A DNA stretch of 64,000 nucleotides. Origin: Nageia nagi (lineage: Eukaryota; Plantae; Pinophyta). The position numbers were made by a program, and so were the translations under genes. This document shows, piece by piece, positions 25,985-38,029 of this stretch (positions are counted from its first letter, which is position 1; every line of letters begins with the position of its first letter). Location: the NCBI GenBank assembly GCA_050084985.1, contig JBITNC010000001.1, positions 17,732,001 through 17,796,000 on the forward strand, read 5' to 3'. The notes under the pieces are model-generated. The model was given only the letters and a program-made list of their open reading frames with translations, did no database searches and was not told where the DNA came from.

Positions 25985-27060
25985 CTACGCCTGAACAAAT
26001 AAAGAATCTTCAACATCTTTAAATTCCAAGACAAAAGGCTCATCCATTGCACACTCTTGTTGTACTTCAAGTATACCTTCATCCTCGAGTAACAATAGGC
26101 AATCAATATCATCCATATCTAGAATCTCATATTTATTTTGGTATGCCAATTCATGTATCTTGCCAAATAGAGCATCTTCTATGTCTTTGATCTCTAAATC
26201 AAAAAGCTCATCCGCCATAACCTTTTGTTTTATTTCGATCATATCTTCTTTCTCTTGCAAAGACATGAAGTCATCAATTATAACACTCCATTCTTGGACT
26301 TCATCTTCATATTTCAGACCAAAAGATTCTTTTGTTTCCCATGCAAGGCTAATAAGGCTGTTTTTGGCATCAACATCATTGGATTTTGAATGTGGACCTA
26401 GCTTAGGATCATGTTCATCATCAACAAAGTTCTTCTCCAACCTTGTCTTGCTTGGTTGATCCTCAAAGAAAAATCCAAAAGTAAAATTTGTCCCAGGGAT
26501 ATTTTCATGTATGGATTCTACCGAATATTTGTCTTCTTCAAAAGAGCAACTACTTTCACTTTCTAACCTTTCTTCCTCATTTTCAAAGACACATGGAGAG
26601 TCATAATCACCCAAGATGTGGACCCGTTTCTTATTGAACAAGATTGGAATTAAGATTGAGATATCCAAAACTAAGATGTCCAATAAATGTTGTACTTGTG
26701 ATCCTTCAAGATGCATGTAGACATTCTTCAAGAGCCCAACTATTTTTGCTTCACAATCATTAATTTCCATAATTTCTTTGTCATTTGCAATTGGAACAAG
26801 CCCAGCTTCGCAGCAAACAGCATATGGCATAATATCCATCTCTAAAGTAGGACACACCAAACAATTCTGGAACACTTTGTCATTGTATAAACACATAGAT
26901 ATCACAAATGGTTGATGTTCTTCTACTTCTTGAGCTATCTCTTGTTCTAAACTCAATTCCCCTGATGGGCAAAGTTCAAACTGCTCATTTGTTTTGGTGT
27001 TTCAACATCCTCACAAAGATAAGACTTTGAAGAGTCAAAATCATTCAAGGTTCAAATAGA
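25985..27060 (-). pseudogene. Retroelement ORF: degenerate aspartic-protease-like domain fused to a highly acidic region
   Basis: 323-aa ORF. QPFVISMCLYNDKVFQNCLVCPTLEMDIMP...IVGLLKNV is paralogous to 33027-33202 (FQDCLLDS). Catalytic Asp absent and tail D/E-rich. Confidence 0.55.
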
Positions 27061-27364
27061 TTTTAAAAGCACACTGCATTAAATGTGGTGTTGCCCTAAA
27101 ATGACTGAAAACCCTAAATTAATTGAAAAGATAGCTCTAAAATGGATGAAAAGCCATAAATTTCTAACACTAACTGAGAAAAGCATTTAATAACATAGTA
27201 TTTGCATTTTGAATCCGTGGGAGCAAAAACTCATCCTTCATGGTTCATATAAAATAAAATAGTCTTAATACTATCCCCCATCTATGCATGTATCAATAAA
27301 ATACTCAAAAAGGTCATCCTTTCAGCAATTGACTCCATTCGATGTTTGAAATGTTGAAGTTTTT

Positions 27365-30300
27365 TTAGTCATGGTTGATGAATGCAATCTTCCTAGGGAG
27401 CTTCAGCATCATATCCATCTTTTGGCAATACTTGTCAATCATCTTAGAAGTCGATTCCATTTGATATCTCCAAATGGTTAATGACCTGTCATGCTCAATA
27501 ATTGTTCCTATTTTAATGAGGTTAACATCCTTAACTTGTAGGAGTTCTTCAATCAAATTTTTGGTTTCAAGGGCCACCTCTTCTGCATTTCTGACTTGGC
27601 CATCTTCCCTTTTGACAAACTCTACCTTCATCTGATAGTTAACCATATGTCGTTCGAATTCTTTTTTCAATTCATTCCTCATGCCATGCCAATAAGATAT
27701 TCACATCTTTCAATTGCATACTGCAACCAATCATGTTGGATATAGAACTAGATATAATAACTTGTTTTTGCTTCTTCACCACTTGCATCCCTTTCCAATT
27801 TCACCACCATCGAAAAGTACATTTCAACTTTCTTCAAAGTTTCCAAGATTTTCTATTTCAAAGTTTCCACCAATTTTCTTCTATCAGAACATAGGAATAT
27901 TGTGCACAAAGCTTCTGAACAGCCTTCATTAGCCAATGATTCTTTTTTCAAATTGATGTCCATATTCCACGAAGCTATCAACTTAATGTCTTCAGAATTC
28001 ATTCTTGTTGCTTCTATTTCTTTCACCAACTTGTTTTTCTTAGCCAATTGTCTTTTTAGATCACTGATTTCTTGTTCTCTTTTTAAACCAGATTTCTCCA
28101 CAATTTCCCCAACTGAGCAAAGGAGATGCTTTTTCCCATGCGAGCCCATCTCCATTTTCACATCCTTGCTTTGTACCATTATGTCATGAGGACCTTGAGG
28201 ATGCATTTTCTTCTTGTAGACCCTATCAAAGGATAACCCATCTTCTTGACGATGACAAAACCTTCTAGATCATTGTCGCTCTCTTCTTCCATTTTTGTTT
28301 CATCAAAACTTTCATCTTCATTATCAACAATTTTGCTCTAATGGTATCTTTACATTGTGTTGATAACATTATCCATGTCAAAATTCCACTCTTTTTGTTG
28401 GCTTGCTAGGACACTATGAGTTATCGATAACTCCTCAAGTTCTAGTTCTTTTGGTGGTTCTCTTGAAGTTCCCTCTTGGTATATCATAACCTGTTGACCC
28501 TGGTGTTAGCAACTTTTCTTTTCTTCCTTTGTTCTTCACTTTCTATTTTATCTTCATCATCACCTCCTCTATTTCCTCCTGATACAGGAGATGATTTCTT
28601 GATTTGAGAAGTAGGTCTCTTATGGTGTCCGCTTTTCGATTCTTTGCTCTGTTGTGATTGTGAATCTTTCTTGTTATTTCAATGAGATCTAGAGCAAGAA
28701 GGTGTGTCCATAGGAGGTGGCATTATTAGGGGTGATTCTTTACATACTTCAGTACCAATTTCTGCTATACACTGATCAACAGCTACTTCAATTATTTCCT
28801 CAACAACTTCCATTCTTCCTAGAGTAGAGATATCCCTTATTGAATCTATCAATTTTTCTAAGGTCTTATTAGAATCTAAGCTTCTGGTTCTTTCATCACC
28901 GCACTTCTCTTCACCTTTTCTTATCCTTATTACCTTCACCCTCCTCACTACTATCAGATTCTTCTCCGCTTGAATCATTTGAATCTGAATGTGAAGTAGA
29001 ACTCTTATTGGAATTAGAGTTATTGCTCTCATCAAAATCGGTACTACTATCGGAACTCACAATCTCTTGTCTTAAGCAATTCCTGATGAAGTTTTGTCAT
29101 CTCCCTATCTTCAATGACATTTCTATACTTCTCAACAGCACCTAATGTTTGATGTGTGATGGAAATGGGCCAGCTTCTCTTGTATGTTAAGCAAAATTGG
29201 TGTATCTTCCCTTTAGGATCATAATTTTTCGCTACATCTGCCGTGGGAAAGCCATAAAGTAGAATCTTTGTCTTTGCCTCCTTCCATAGTGTGCATGAGT
29301 ATTCACCAATTATAATTGGCAGGTTAAAGGTTGCATCTTTCTTTTTCAACACCTTCTCCCTTAAATAGAAAATTTGTTATTGGCACACCTAGGAAGCATG
29401 ATGGGTGGTTCTTCAAACCCGTATACTTTAATGTATGTAGCATTGGAGTTCTCCATGAAGAAATAAGCATACCCTTTGACGGCCTAAAAGGCTGAATCAG
29501 TGACTCTTTTAATTGCCTCTTTTTCTTTTATCTCACTCAAGATCTGGTATTTCCAACCGTCTATCTTTATTTTGTTATTCTCCCATCTTTATTTTGTTAT
29601 TCTCCCACCTTTCTTGATACCAAAACTTAGGATAAAAATACCATATTGGATTTGTGGGCTTTAGTAGTCATTCAAGGATGGCATAAGTTGTTTTTCTATT
29701 TTTCCCATGCAAGAGCAAATACACCAGATAAGAATTCATGTAGAAAGTCTTGGAAGAGTCGATTTCAATGAGTTGCTTGTATAGAGAATCACTAATCACT
29801 TTGTTCCATCTTATCAGTTGATTCTTGGCCATCAAATTAATAAACCCTGTAAACTGAATCTTGAACTTTGTGTCATTTGGTTGGCTTGTAATCTGGGACA
29901 AGAGGTTGATCATCTATGAAAAAATTGTATAAAAACTTGTACTAGGAGCATTAATCAATTTCATACTAGTGAAATATTTACAATCCTCCTGCAACCAACC
30001 CTTGATCAATTCAGTGGGCTTTCCCAAACTATGATAGTATGCCAAAGAATCCTCCTCTGTATAAGGAAACCCTTCACTTGGGAATCTGAATGTTGGTTCA
30101 ATTCCTTCCATGGAGAAATTCATGATCTTGTTTCCTGTTGTATCGTAGAGGGCCCTTTCCTCAAAATTGCATTGTTTTCCCATTTCCCAACATAACTCTT
30201 GGAATGGTGCCACAAAAGGCACAACTGTTATTGAGACAAGTCCAGAAGTGTACAATAGTTCATGTGATAACTGCGCCACTTCTAGTTTTTTAATGGACTC

Positions 30301-30672
30301 TAGAGTTTTTACAGGGTCTGTATGGGACCACTCAGTGTCTGTACTCTTCGACAAATTATTCTTAAATTTTACCTCCTAAGGCACAGTTCCAGGATCCTTT
30401 CAGAAAACTATGTTGGTTTCTTTCATCAAATTAGCTATAGTAGCTTTCACTTTGTGAGGTCCAGATGATCCTGCTTTGCTTTGTATGGACTGTTTGGAAG
30501 GTTGCTATTTTACAGAGTGTTTCACATTCTTTTTCATGGGTTGCCCCTCCTTTTCTTTCATTAGTTGTTTTTCTTTCTACTTCAACTGTTCTTCCCTCTG
30601 CCTTACCTTTTCTCTGCTTTCAACCCTATCTCCTTTTAACTTCTTGATTTTCTTTTGGTTTTCTGGGTCCAT
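27365..30672 (-). pseudogene. Disrupted ~1100-codon TE accessory ORF (Transposase_32/PMD-like core, S/K/E-rich linker, C-terminal coiled coil)
   Basis: Co-oriented ORF chain 30577-30792, 29914-30354, 29668-29913, 29047-29352, 28679-29035, 27853-28206 and 27365-27682. Motifs SGL..ELC.E..G..FSMEGIE..F.FP, W..VISDSL..QL..FYMNSYLVY and YIKVYGF..PP..LP. The domain name is from pattern recall, not a search. Confidence 0.6.
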
Positions 30673-31139
30673 TTTTGGAATATCAGAATACTTGTTGCAG
30701 CAGAACAGAATTATTCCTAGGGTGAGATGAATGAACAGTTGGATAGAGAGGAAATGAGCTTGGATGACTAGAGGATAAAGGGGGAGGCTCAATCTGATGG
30801 GCCATAAAACAAGTGTTGAAGACTTTTTAGGAGTTTAGGCAACTGGGTGAGGAGAGACAGTAGAGTCGCTCACCTTCTAATCAATTCCCAAGTCTTAATA
30901 GGAAGATTATGCAAGCAAAGAAACTTGTAATTTCATAAAAATGACCTACCTCTGAGCTTGAATAAAGTCAGTGTTAACACCTTTGGTCCGATTCCTCAAA
31001 TGCTTGGCAACTGATGGAAACCATAAGCAAATGACAAATATCAGAAACAAGCAACTTAGATAACGTTAGGATTCTAGGTTTGGAGATTCTAATTGGAAAA
31101 TTGAGAGAATCAGGAAGGATCTTGAGGCCCACTGACTAA

Positions 31140-32850
31140 GTAGAAGGGGTGTTTCCTGGAAATGGTGTGACCTTTCCTAAGACTTGTACAAGCAAGAATA
31201 CACCTTTTTATGCCTTTGCCATTCTCACTGAAAAGAAATCTTCAAGCTTCGAAGTAATTTCTACTAGGCGCAGGGTTTGGGTATCTTGCCTTAGGCGCTT
31301 AATTTCAAACATTTGCCCCTTTTATCATATAGAAATAATGCGAACTCCATGATCCTCAAAAAAATTTTACTAGAAATGAGGTGTCTTGTCCCTTTATAGA
31401 TTTCCAATGGCACTTGGCAACCTATATTCAGTTGATGGTGTCTCCAGAACAAGGTCACACAATTTAGGGTGCTTGCTCTAGTCACTCAATTTAGGGAGCT
31501 TGGCTTTTGTATCTCCTAAAAATCATGCTAGCTTTCTAAAAGATAGAAAACTTTCCATAAAATGAAGTCTCTAGCCCCTTTTTGCTAGGTCCCATAGTTT
31601 GTGTTTGATGCCTAAGTTGTCAGGTTTTAGACAATTGCCCCTTTTATCACCTGAAAATCATGCGACCTTCACCACAAATGGAAAATTTACTTTAAATGGA
31701 GTCCTTCGTTCTTTTATAACCCTACAAGGACACTTGTAGCAAACCACAAGCCGGAACTGTCTCTATAAGAAGGTCGCTCAATCCGATTGTCTTACTTTGG
31801 ACGCTAAGTTCAAGCTCTTTGCCTTCTTGCATGAAAGTGGAAACATGCGACCTCTACTTTCATTGAGAGTTCTTATTCAAATGAAGTCATATCCTTCCTT
31901 TTATAGCCTTTTTAATGCCACTTGGCGAGAGACTACAAGCCAAATCCATCCTTTTAATCAAGTCACATGGCTTCAGGTTTATGCTTTGGTCGCATAGTTT
32001 TATTTCCTTGCCTTTTGCATCATGATGGAAGTATGCAACCTATACCATACTTGGAAAATTCCTTACAAAATGAAGCTCACTCTTCCTTTTATAATCTTTT
32101 AATACCACTTGTTAATAAACCACATGTTAGATCCTTCCTTTAGACTAGATTGCACGATTTGGGATGGATGCCCAAGTCGCACAATTTGGCTAGTTTGCTA
32201 TCGGCATGATGGTGGAAGTATGCAACCTCTACTAAAGTTGAAAAATTTGCACAAAATGAGGTCTCCTTCTCCCTTTTATAGGCTTTGGATGACACTTGTC
32301 CTCCATTGGCTAGTTAAAGTCTCCTAAATATCAAGTCGCATGGTTTGAAGTTTATACCTTAGTTGCACACTTGCAGGGACATGCTACTTGCATCATGCTG
32401 AAATCATGCAACCACTTCCAAACTTAGGAAATTTTGCCCAAATGAGGTCTTACTCCTCCAATTATAGTTTCCCGTTGACATGTATTGATTGTTTAACACA
32501 CTTCTAGCCATCCTCCTCATGGTCACATGGTTTGAAGGGTATGTCTTGGTCGCATTCTTTGGGAGATATGCAAATTCCATCTTTGTGGAAACATGTGACC
32601 TAGCCTATACTTAAAATGTTTTGCAAAACAAAGCCCCCAAGCCTCATTTATGACATTCTAAATGACAAGGATCCATTATTGGTCTTTTTTTCTCCTAGCG
32701 CTTCCATGGTTGCAAGGTTTAGGGGTCATGCTCAGGTCACACAATTTTGGAAAGTTGCTTCTAGCACGGGAGTGAAAACATGCGACCTCCCTAGAACTTA
32801 GAGTTTTTGCAAGGAAACTAACACTATGCTCCTTTTAACTTGCTCAAAGG
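31140..32850. repeat. ~187-bp tandem array (~9 units) with TATAAAAG-like motifs on the minus strand
   Basis: An ATGCGACCT-like anchor recurs at ~31660, 31845, 32033, 32221, 32407, 32593 and 32780, with degenerate units near 31340 and 31526. Confidence 0.82.
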
Positions 32851-33469
32851 ACGAGTGGCAATTGGATCAAGATCCGAGGAGTGTGATATGACTCTTGTAC
32901 AAATAGCCCTTTGTCTCTTCAATCCTCATCCTTCCAGATCATCTCTACTGAAATTACAACATCCTTTTGCAAAAGTAGGGTCCTCAATTTGCAAAAAATT
33001 TAGGGTTGTGTTGTGCGGACACAACAGTAAGTGATATTATATTGTAGTCATGACGAGAATCTAACAAACAGTCTTGAAACATTTTATCTTCAAAGCACAT
33101 GAATAACAAAAATGGTTGATGCTCTTCTACCTCTTGGACCACCTCTTCTTCTAGGTCTGCTTCTTCTGGTACACAATCTTCATGATAAACAAAGCAATCC
33201 AAGAATTGGGGGTGGCCTTAATAGGGTGGGGTCGATTTGTACTTCTCCCTCGTCAACTTCATCTTCTACCACTTGCTCTACATTGCATAACGATGTTTCC
33301 TAGATTTGAATAGACTTAGCAAAAGGCAAATGGGAATCGCATTGAAAGCCATCCTTCCACAACCATGTCTTTTTCAATTCTTTTAATTGGTCCATCAACT
33401 CCAACATTCTCATCATTATTTTCCCTAATCGTTCTTGTTTGTAATTCTCAGTAGCTTACGCAACTCTTA

Positions 33470-33680
33470 GTTTTTTCTTGTTGATGCTTCCATGTAGCTT
33501 GCACTCTTAATTGCTCTTGTTGATGATTCCATGCAGTTGGTTCCCTTAACTGTTATTATTGATGATTCCATGTAGCTTGCACCCTTAATTGTTCTTGTTG
33601 ATGATTCCATGCAGCCGATGCCTTTTATTGTTCTTGTTGATGATTCCATGCAGCTGGTGCCCTTAACTGTTCTTGTGGGT
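33470..33680 (-). repeat. 39-bp coding tandem repeat (13-aa MESSTRTIKGASC units, ~5 copies)
   Basis: Visible in ORF 33467-33694. Confidence 0.85.
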
Positions 33681-34273
33681 AGCTTGCGTAACAATCTATG
33701 ATAGGTTTGGAATGTTCTAGAAATTAGGGGAGGTCTATTGCATTGTTGACTTCTCGTTGTTCATTTGATTTCATGTATTGTATTGAGGATGGCACAATGG
33801 TTGCATTGGTAAGGATTGATAATTGAAACTTGTACTTTGAACATGTGGTTGTTGTATGATTGGATTTAAGTAAGCATCGATAGCATTACAAAATGTTCGA
33901 GGTTGTACATACCCAAGTGTACAATATGGTTGTTGAATGTACCCCGAATCACTTTCTTGCAACCATGGTGCTACAACCACAATTGTACAATGTATGATCT
34001 AAACCATTAAGAACCATGTACAGGAAGTATTTGCCATAAAACCAAGCCACCAAAAGAATATATCTCCAAAACTTGAGATGTATACTTGAAACATCTCTTT
34101 GAATCTACAATGAAAGCTTGATGAACTTCAACTTGGTAGCAATTGTCTAGGAGTATCACCTTTCTTGGGTATATTCCCCTTCTTGGGTGACTTATCTCTT
34201 TTAAGTCCTAGCTTGAGCTCAAAAAAGGTTGAAAAGAAAGTTTAATTAACAATGGGTGTAAGACAGTTCAAGG

Positions 34274-34290
34274 CCCTCCTTCTAGTGCCA
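34274..34290 (-). promoter_or_regulatory. Primer-binding site complementary to the plant tRNA-Asn(GTT) 3' end
   Basis: The plus strand reads CCCTCCTTCTAGTGCCA, versus the tRNA-Asn 3' end CCCTCCTTCTAGCG-CCA (one CpG transition). It sits 5 nt from the LTR end. Confidence 0.75.
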
Positions 34291-35564
34291 ATTTATGTTG
34301 GGATGTTTTTGCTTCCTTTTACAAATACCACCTTATGTGATAAATGGAAAGGCATCCAAACATGTGGTCGAGGTTGTGTTACTAACCTCTACTTGCAAGG
34401 ATTGATTACCCCAAGGTTTCTATATCTCAAAGTGTTGTCTATGGTAGTGATAAGAACTTGAACTTGGAATGACTCATTGGCGAGGAGACACAACTGCTAC
34501 CACGTTTATTGTGGGCCCCTGGAGTTTGCTTACACCTATTGAAAGGATAAACTTTTGAGGGTAAACAAGGAAAATAACAAAGTAAAAGCTAAAAGAAATG
34601 CAAATTGGGGATGATGGCATATGAAGTGAGTTCATTCAAAGACAGGTTCACCAATGGACCAATGGCTAGATCACCTCTCTCTGGGTTTATTATGAGATGC
34701 TTACTCACTTATCCAACCTTGTCACAAATAACCAAGTCCAAATTGTAGACAGGAAGGAGCCTATAGCAGTGTTATCAAGTGCAATAACGTGAGAAGCATA
34801 TCAAACCAAACGACATAGAAAGAACTTCACTAGCATGCATCCATTTACATATGAAATAGAAAACAATGTTTATCAAGTAGAAATCACACAAGTTCTTAAC
34901 ATAACATATTCATTCAACTTTCTTACAAGCATATACTCACAAGAAATGATCACAAGTCATGTAACAACCATAAGCAAACACCAAGTAGAAGTACTCAAGT
35001 TCACAATCCCATGAAATAAATAAGTCTTGATTTGTTTAAGTTATACACCACATTCACATACAAGAGAGTATAAAAGTTTTAGCAAATTTCACAATAGATC
35101 TCATCTTAAGCAAATAATCATCCTCCTTTACAAATGAGCCCCCTTGAGTTATTTATAGTTTTTGAATGAAACCCTAACCCAAATTCAAATTCAAATTCAA
35201 AAGAAATTAACTAAAATTAACCCTAATTCTAACCAAAAAATGACAAATGTCAACATAAAATTTAATTCAGCACTTGTGAGAGCAAATCCTCATCCATCAC
35301 AAGGCATAACCAAAATGTATAGAAATTGAAGTCCAAAATAAACAAATTATGCAGAAATAAATATATTGCATCAAAGATGCAACATTTTCATCCCAATTGG
35401 TACTCATGAATACTTCTATTTCCTTCACCCTTGCAACACATGATTTGAAAATCCCAACTTCTGGCACTCGAAAGACCTACTGTCAACTTGTAGTCGTCCT
35501 TGGGAAGGTCAAGAGCACATTATCTTCCAAATCTAGCAACCTAGAGAGGGACGCACCTCTTAAG

Positions 35565-37606
35565 CATTCACACTGGTGACTTTTGACAAGTGCTATTGAT
35601 CCCAAAAGGCATTCCTACTTGGGTGCACTTCTCATGCATTTCTTCAGCGTAAGATTCGACACCTTTGTTACTGCCATCATGAGGCTTTATAAGACAGTTG
35701 TTGGTCGTTTTCGAATGGCTGTTGGTGCGCCCTATTTCCCACTCTCTTTGGCTTATATGTTGATGACTTAGAGGACTTCCAACGGCTACACACATACACA
35801 AATGATAGTTGCCTACTTTACCAGATCCATATTGCTATACTGCTTTTTGCAAATGATCTGATCCTCCTATCATACTCCCTTGAGGGCCTTCAAAGACAGT
35901 TGGATGCTGTTGTCCGTTTCTATGACCATAAACAACTCACAGTTAACTTCAGTAAAACCAAGGTCATGATCTTTAATACCTCTAGAGCTACTCTATCTAG
36001 CTTCCATTTTTACTATAGAGGTGAAATAGTTGAAATCTCCACCGCATCTCCACCGCTTACACCTACTTGAGAGTTCAATTCTCTAAGCCATCTTTCAGCC
36101 TGAAGCCTGCCTCACAGGCACATCTCTGCAAGGGATACGCTTCACTCTCCATCTTGGAGCGTCAGTGCTTCTAGATATACTTCCAGAATATCCCTTTGAA
36201 CACATGCCTATTTGATACCCTCATCACACCTATCGTTCTCTATGGATCGAAGGTTTGGAGTCTTATCTCTAGGCCGGTTGAGTGGTCATGTATTGAGAGA
36301 GTTCAGATCATCATGCTTCAGCGTATGCTCCGCTGTAAGTGAACAGTTCCGCAATGCATTGTTCAAAGTGAGTTTGCCATCCAACCACTCCGTCTTGAGA
36401 CTATATTCAAGCTTGGGTCCTTCCTACATAGACTCAGACAATTTGGCAACTCTACCACAGGCAATGAGAGGTATTCTTTTCTTGCTTTGTATTCATCAAA
36501 GAGGATTGCATCACTTGACTCTACTAGGCGCAAATGGTGCTGATACTCCGAGATTAATTTGCTACTACAAACGAGTGGGCATTTCGATTGATCGGCTCCC
36601 ATCCCTTAGTCCCACGCTAGTTGTCCCCTGACCCTCGAGGACGACGCTCCACTAATCTATCATAGTGGATATCTACCGCCACTACATTCAGGTTACTTGG
36701 GTCTCTCCCCCATAGCCTCTTAGCACTAAGTTGACTTTCTACATCAAGCATTTTCTCCAAATCACTGATGGCATTATTGTCATGTCGACCTACCTCCAGC
36801 ACCAGTGGTCCTTAGGGTTGAGGGTTCCTCTTGGCCAGCTTCGAGTTTGTTCACACCAACTTAGGGTCGAGACTAACCATCATATTCCCCAGATGAATAG
36901 GACTTGCCGACTTTGCTCTCTACAAAAGATAGAGAATGAGGAGCACCTCATTTTCAGATGTCCCATCTACTATGAGATCCGAGGACGGTATTAATGCTTA
37001 TTCAAAGAGTCTCATGGTTCGCTACCCACGTTCTTTCGCTACCCTGATGAAAGATGTCTAGCACTCTTCGTGCATGAGATCACTCTTTTCAAGCGAGAAT
37101 CCATACAAAGATCCTTGAAGGCCCCTTAGACCACCAAGCTGATCAATTCTTTCTTCTAGCCTACCTCTAATCCCGCAGATAGGAAACACCCTTCAGATCG
37201 TACTCTTCAACATACCCACGAGCTCATATTGACATGACGTTGTCTTGCCTCCTAGACAGCGACTACACAGTCACAGCTCGAATGACAGTTGTACATCATT
37301 GGCTTCTTTTCCTCTACAAGTGATCCTTCAATCTTAGATGTTGGGAGGGACTCACGATCCTGGCTTAGCCCTTCTAGTCCGGGACACTTTGTGCCTAGAG
37401 TGAACGGATATACATTTGATGATTGAGGATGTTGGTATTGTTTCACTCGATGTAGTGTAACGTAGCTTTATTGCTTTTTGCTTTTACTTTGTCGGTTTCT
37501 AGGGTTTCTCACCGTAGCATTTTCTACATTTAGTTGGATTGTACTTTTCGAGACCCATCGACCTATTTTGGTCACCCAAGGACATTAATAACATTTCTTT
37601 CTTTCT
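35565..37606 (+). mobile_element. RTE/RTEX-like LINE copy 3 (divergent subfamily) inserted in the LTR of element B
   Basis: ILLFANDLIL, SKTKVMIFN and CRLCSLQKIENEEHLIFRCPIYYEIR. 3' stem-loop at 37552-37583 and a (TTTC)n tail. Confidence 0.87.
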
Positions 37607-38029
37607 CATAAATTCATATTTTAGTCTTTTTGTGAGGTGCACTCTCCGAAATGTCGTTGTTTCATCACTTCGAAGCTCGAAACCAAGTTTTCCTCCAATC
37701 GAACCCCAGGAAAAGTCATAATGTCATCGTTTTGGCATGTCAAGTCCATCCTGATACTCTCGTGGCTTGGGCGTACTCCTTAAAAAGTCATAATTCAGTC
37801 TTTTATGTGATGTGCCTGAACTAGACTACCTTTCTCCTTGAGCGCATCTCTCCAAAAGTCACCATCCAATCTTTTTTCTGGTGCACTCGAACTGGGAGAC
37901 CTCTTGATTTGGGCGCAATTATCCAAAAGTCATGATTTAGTATTTTTTTTAGATGTATCCTCTTCCTTATGCAAGTTTGAGTTGCTTTTGATTGTTCGAA
38001 AGCCAACACTTAGTCAATTCTTCATCTTG

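Larger units (their letters stand above)
27060..33026 (-). mobile_element. Element X: giant-LTR-type 5' terminus, ~187-bp array and long accessory ORF, inserted into the protease of element B
   Basis: Terminus TGTTGTGTCCGCACAACA...GAGGACCCT is shared with the solo LTRs and interrupts CLLDS..YNIISL. The left boundary is uncertain. Confidence 0.7.

Noticed and set aside
34265-34290. tRNA-Asn gene fragment
   Set aside because: Only the 3' end including CCA is present, adjacent to an LTR end. It is a primer-binding site, not a tRNA gene.
37040-37060. CTGATGA...GAAA hammerhead-like core (also at 3870 and 29083)
   Set aside because: No flanking helices. All occurrences lie within TE coding sequence.
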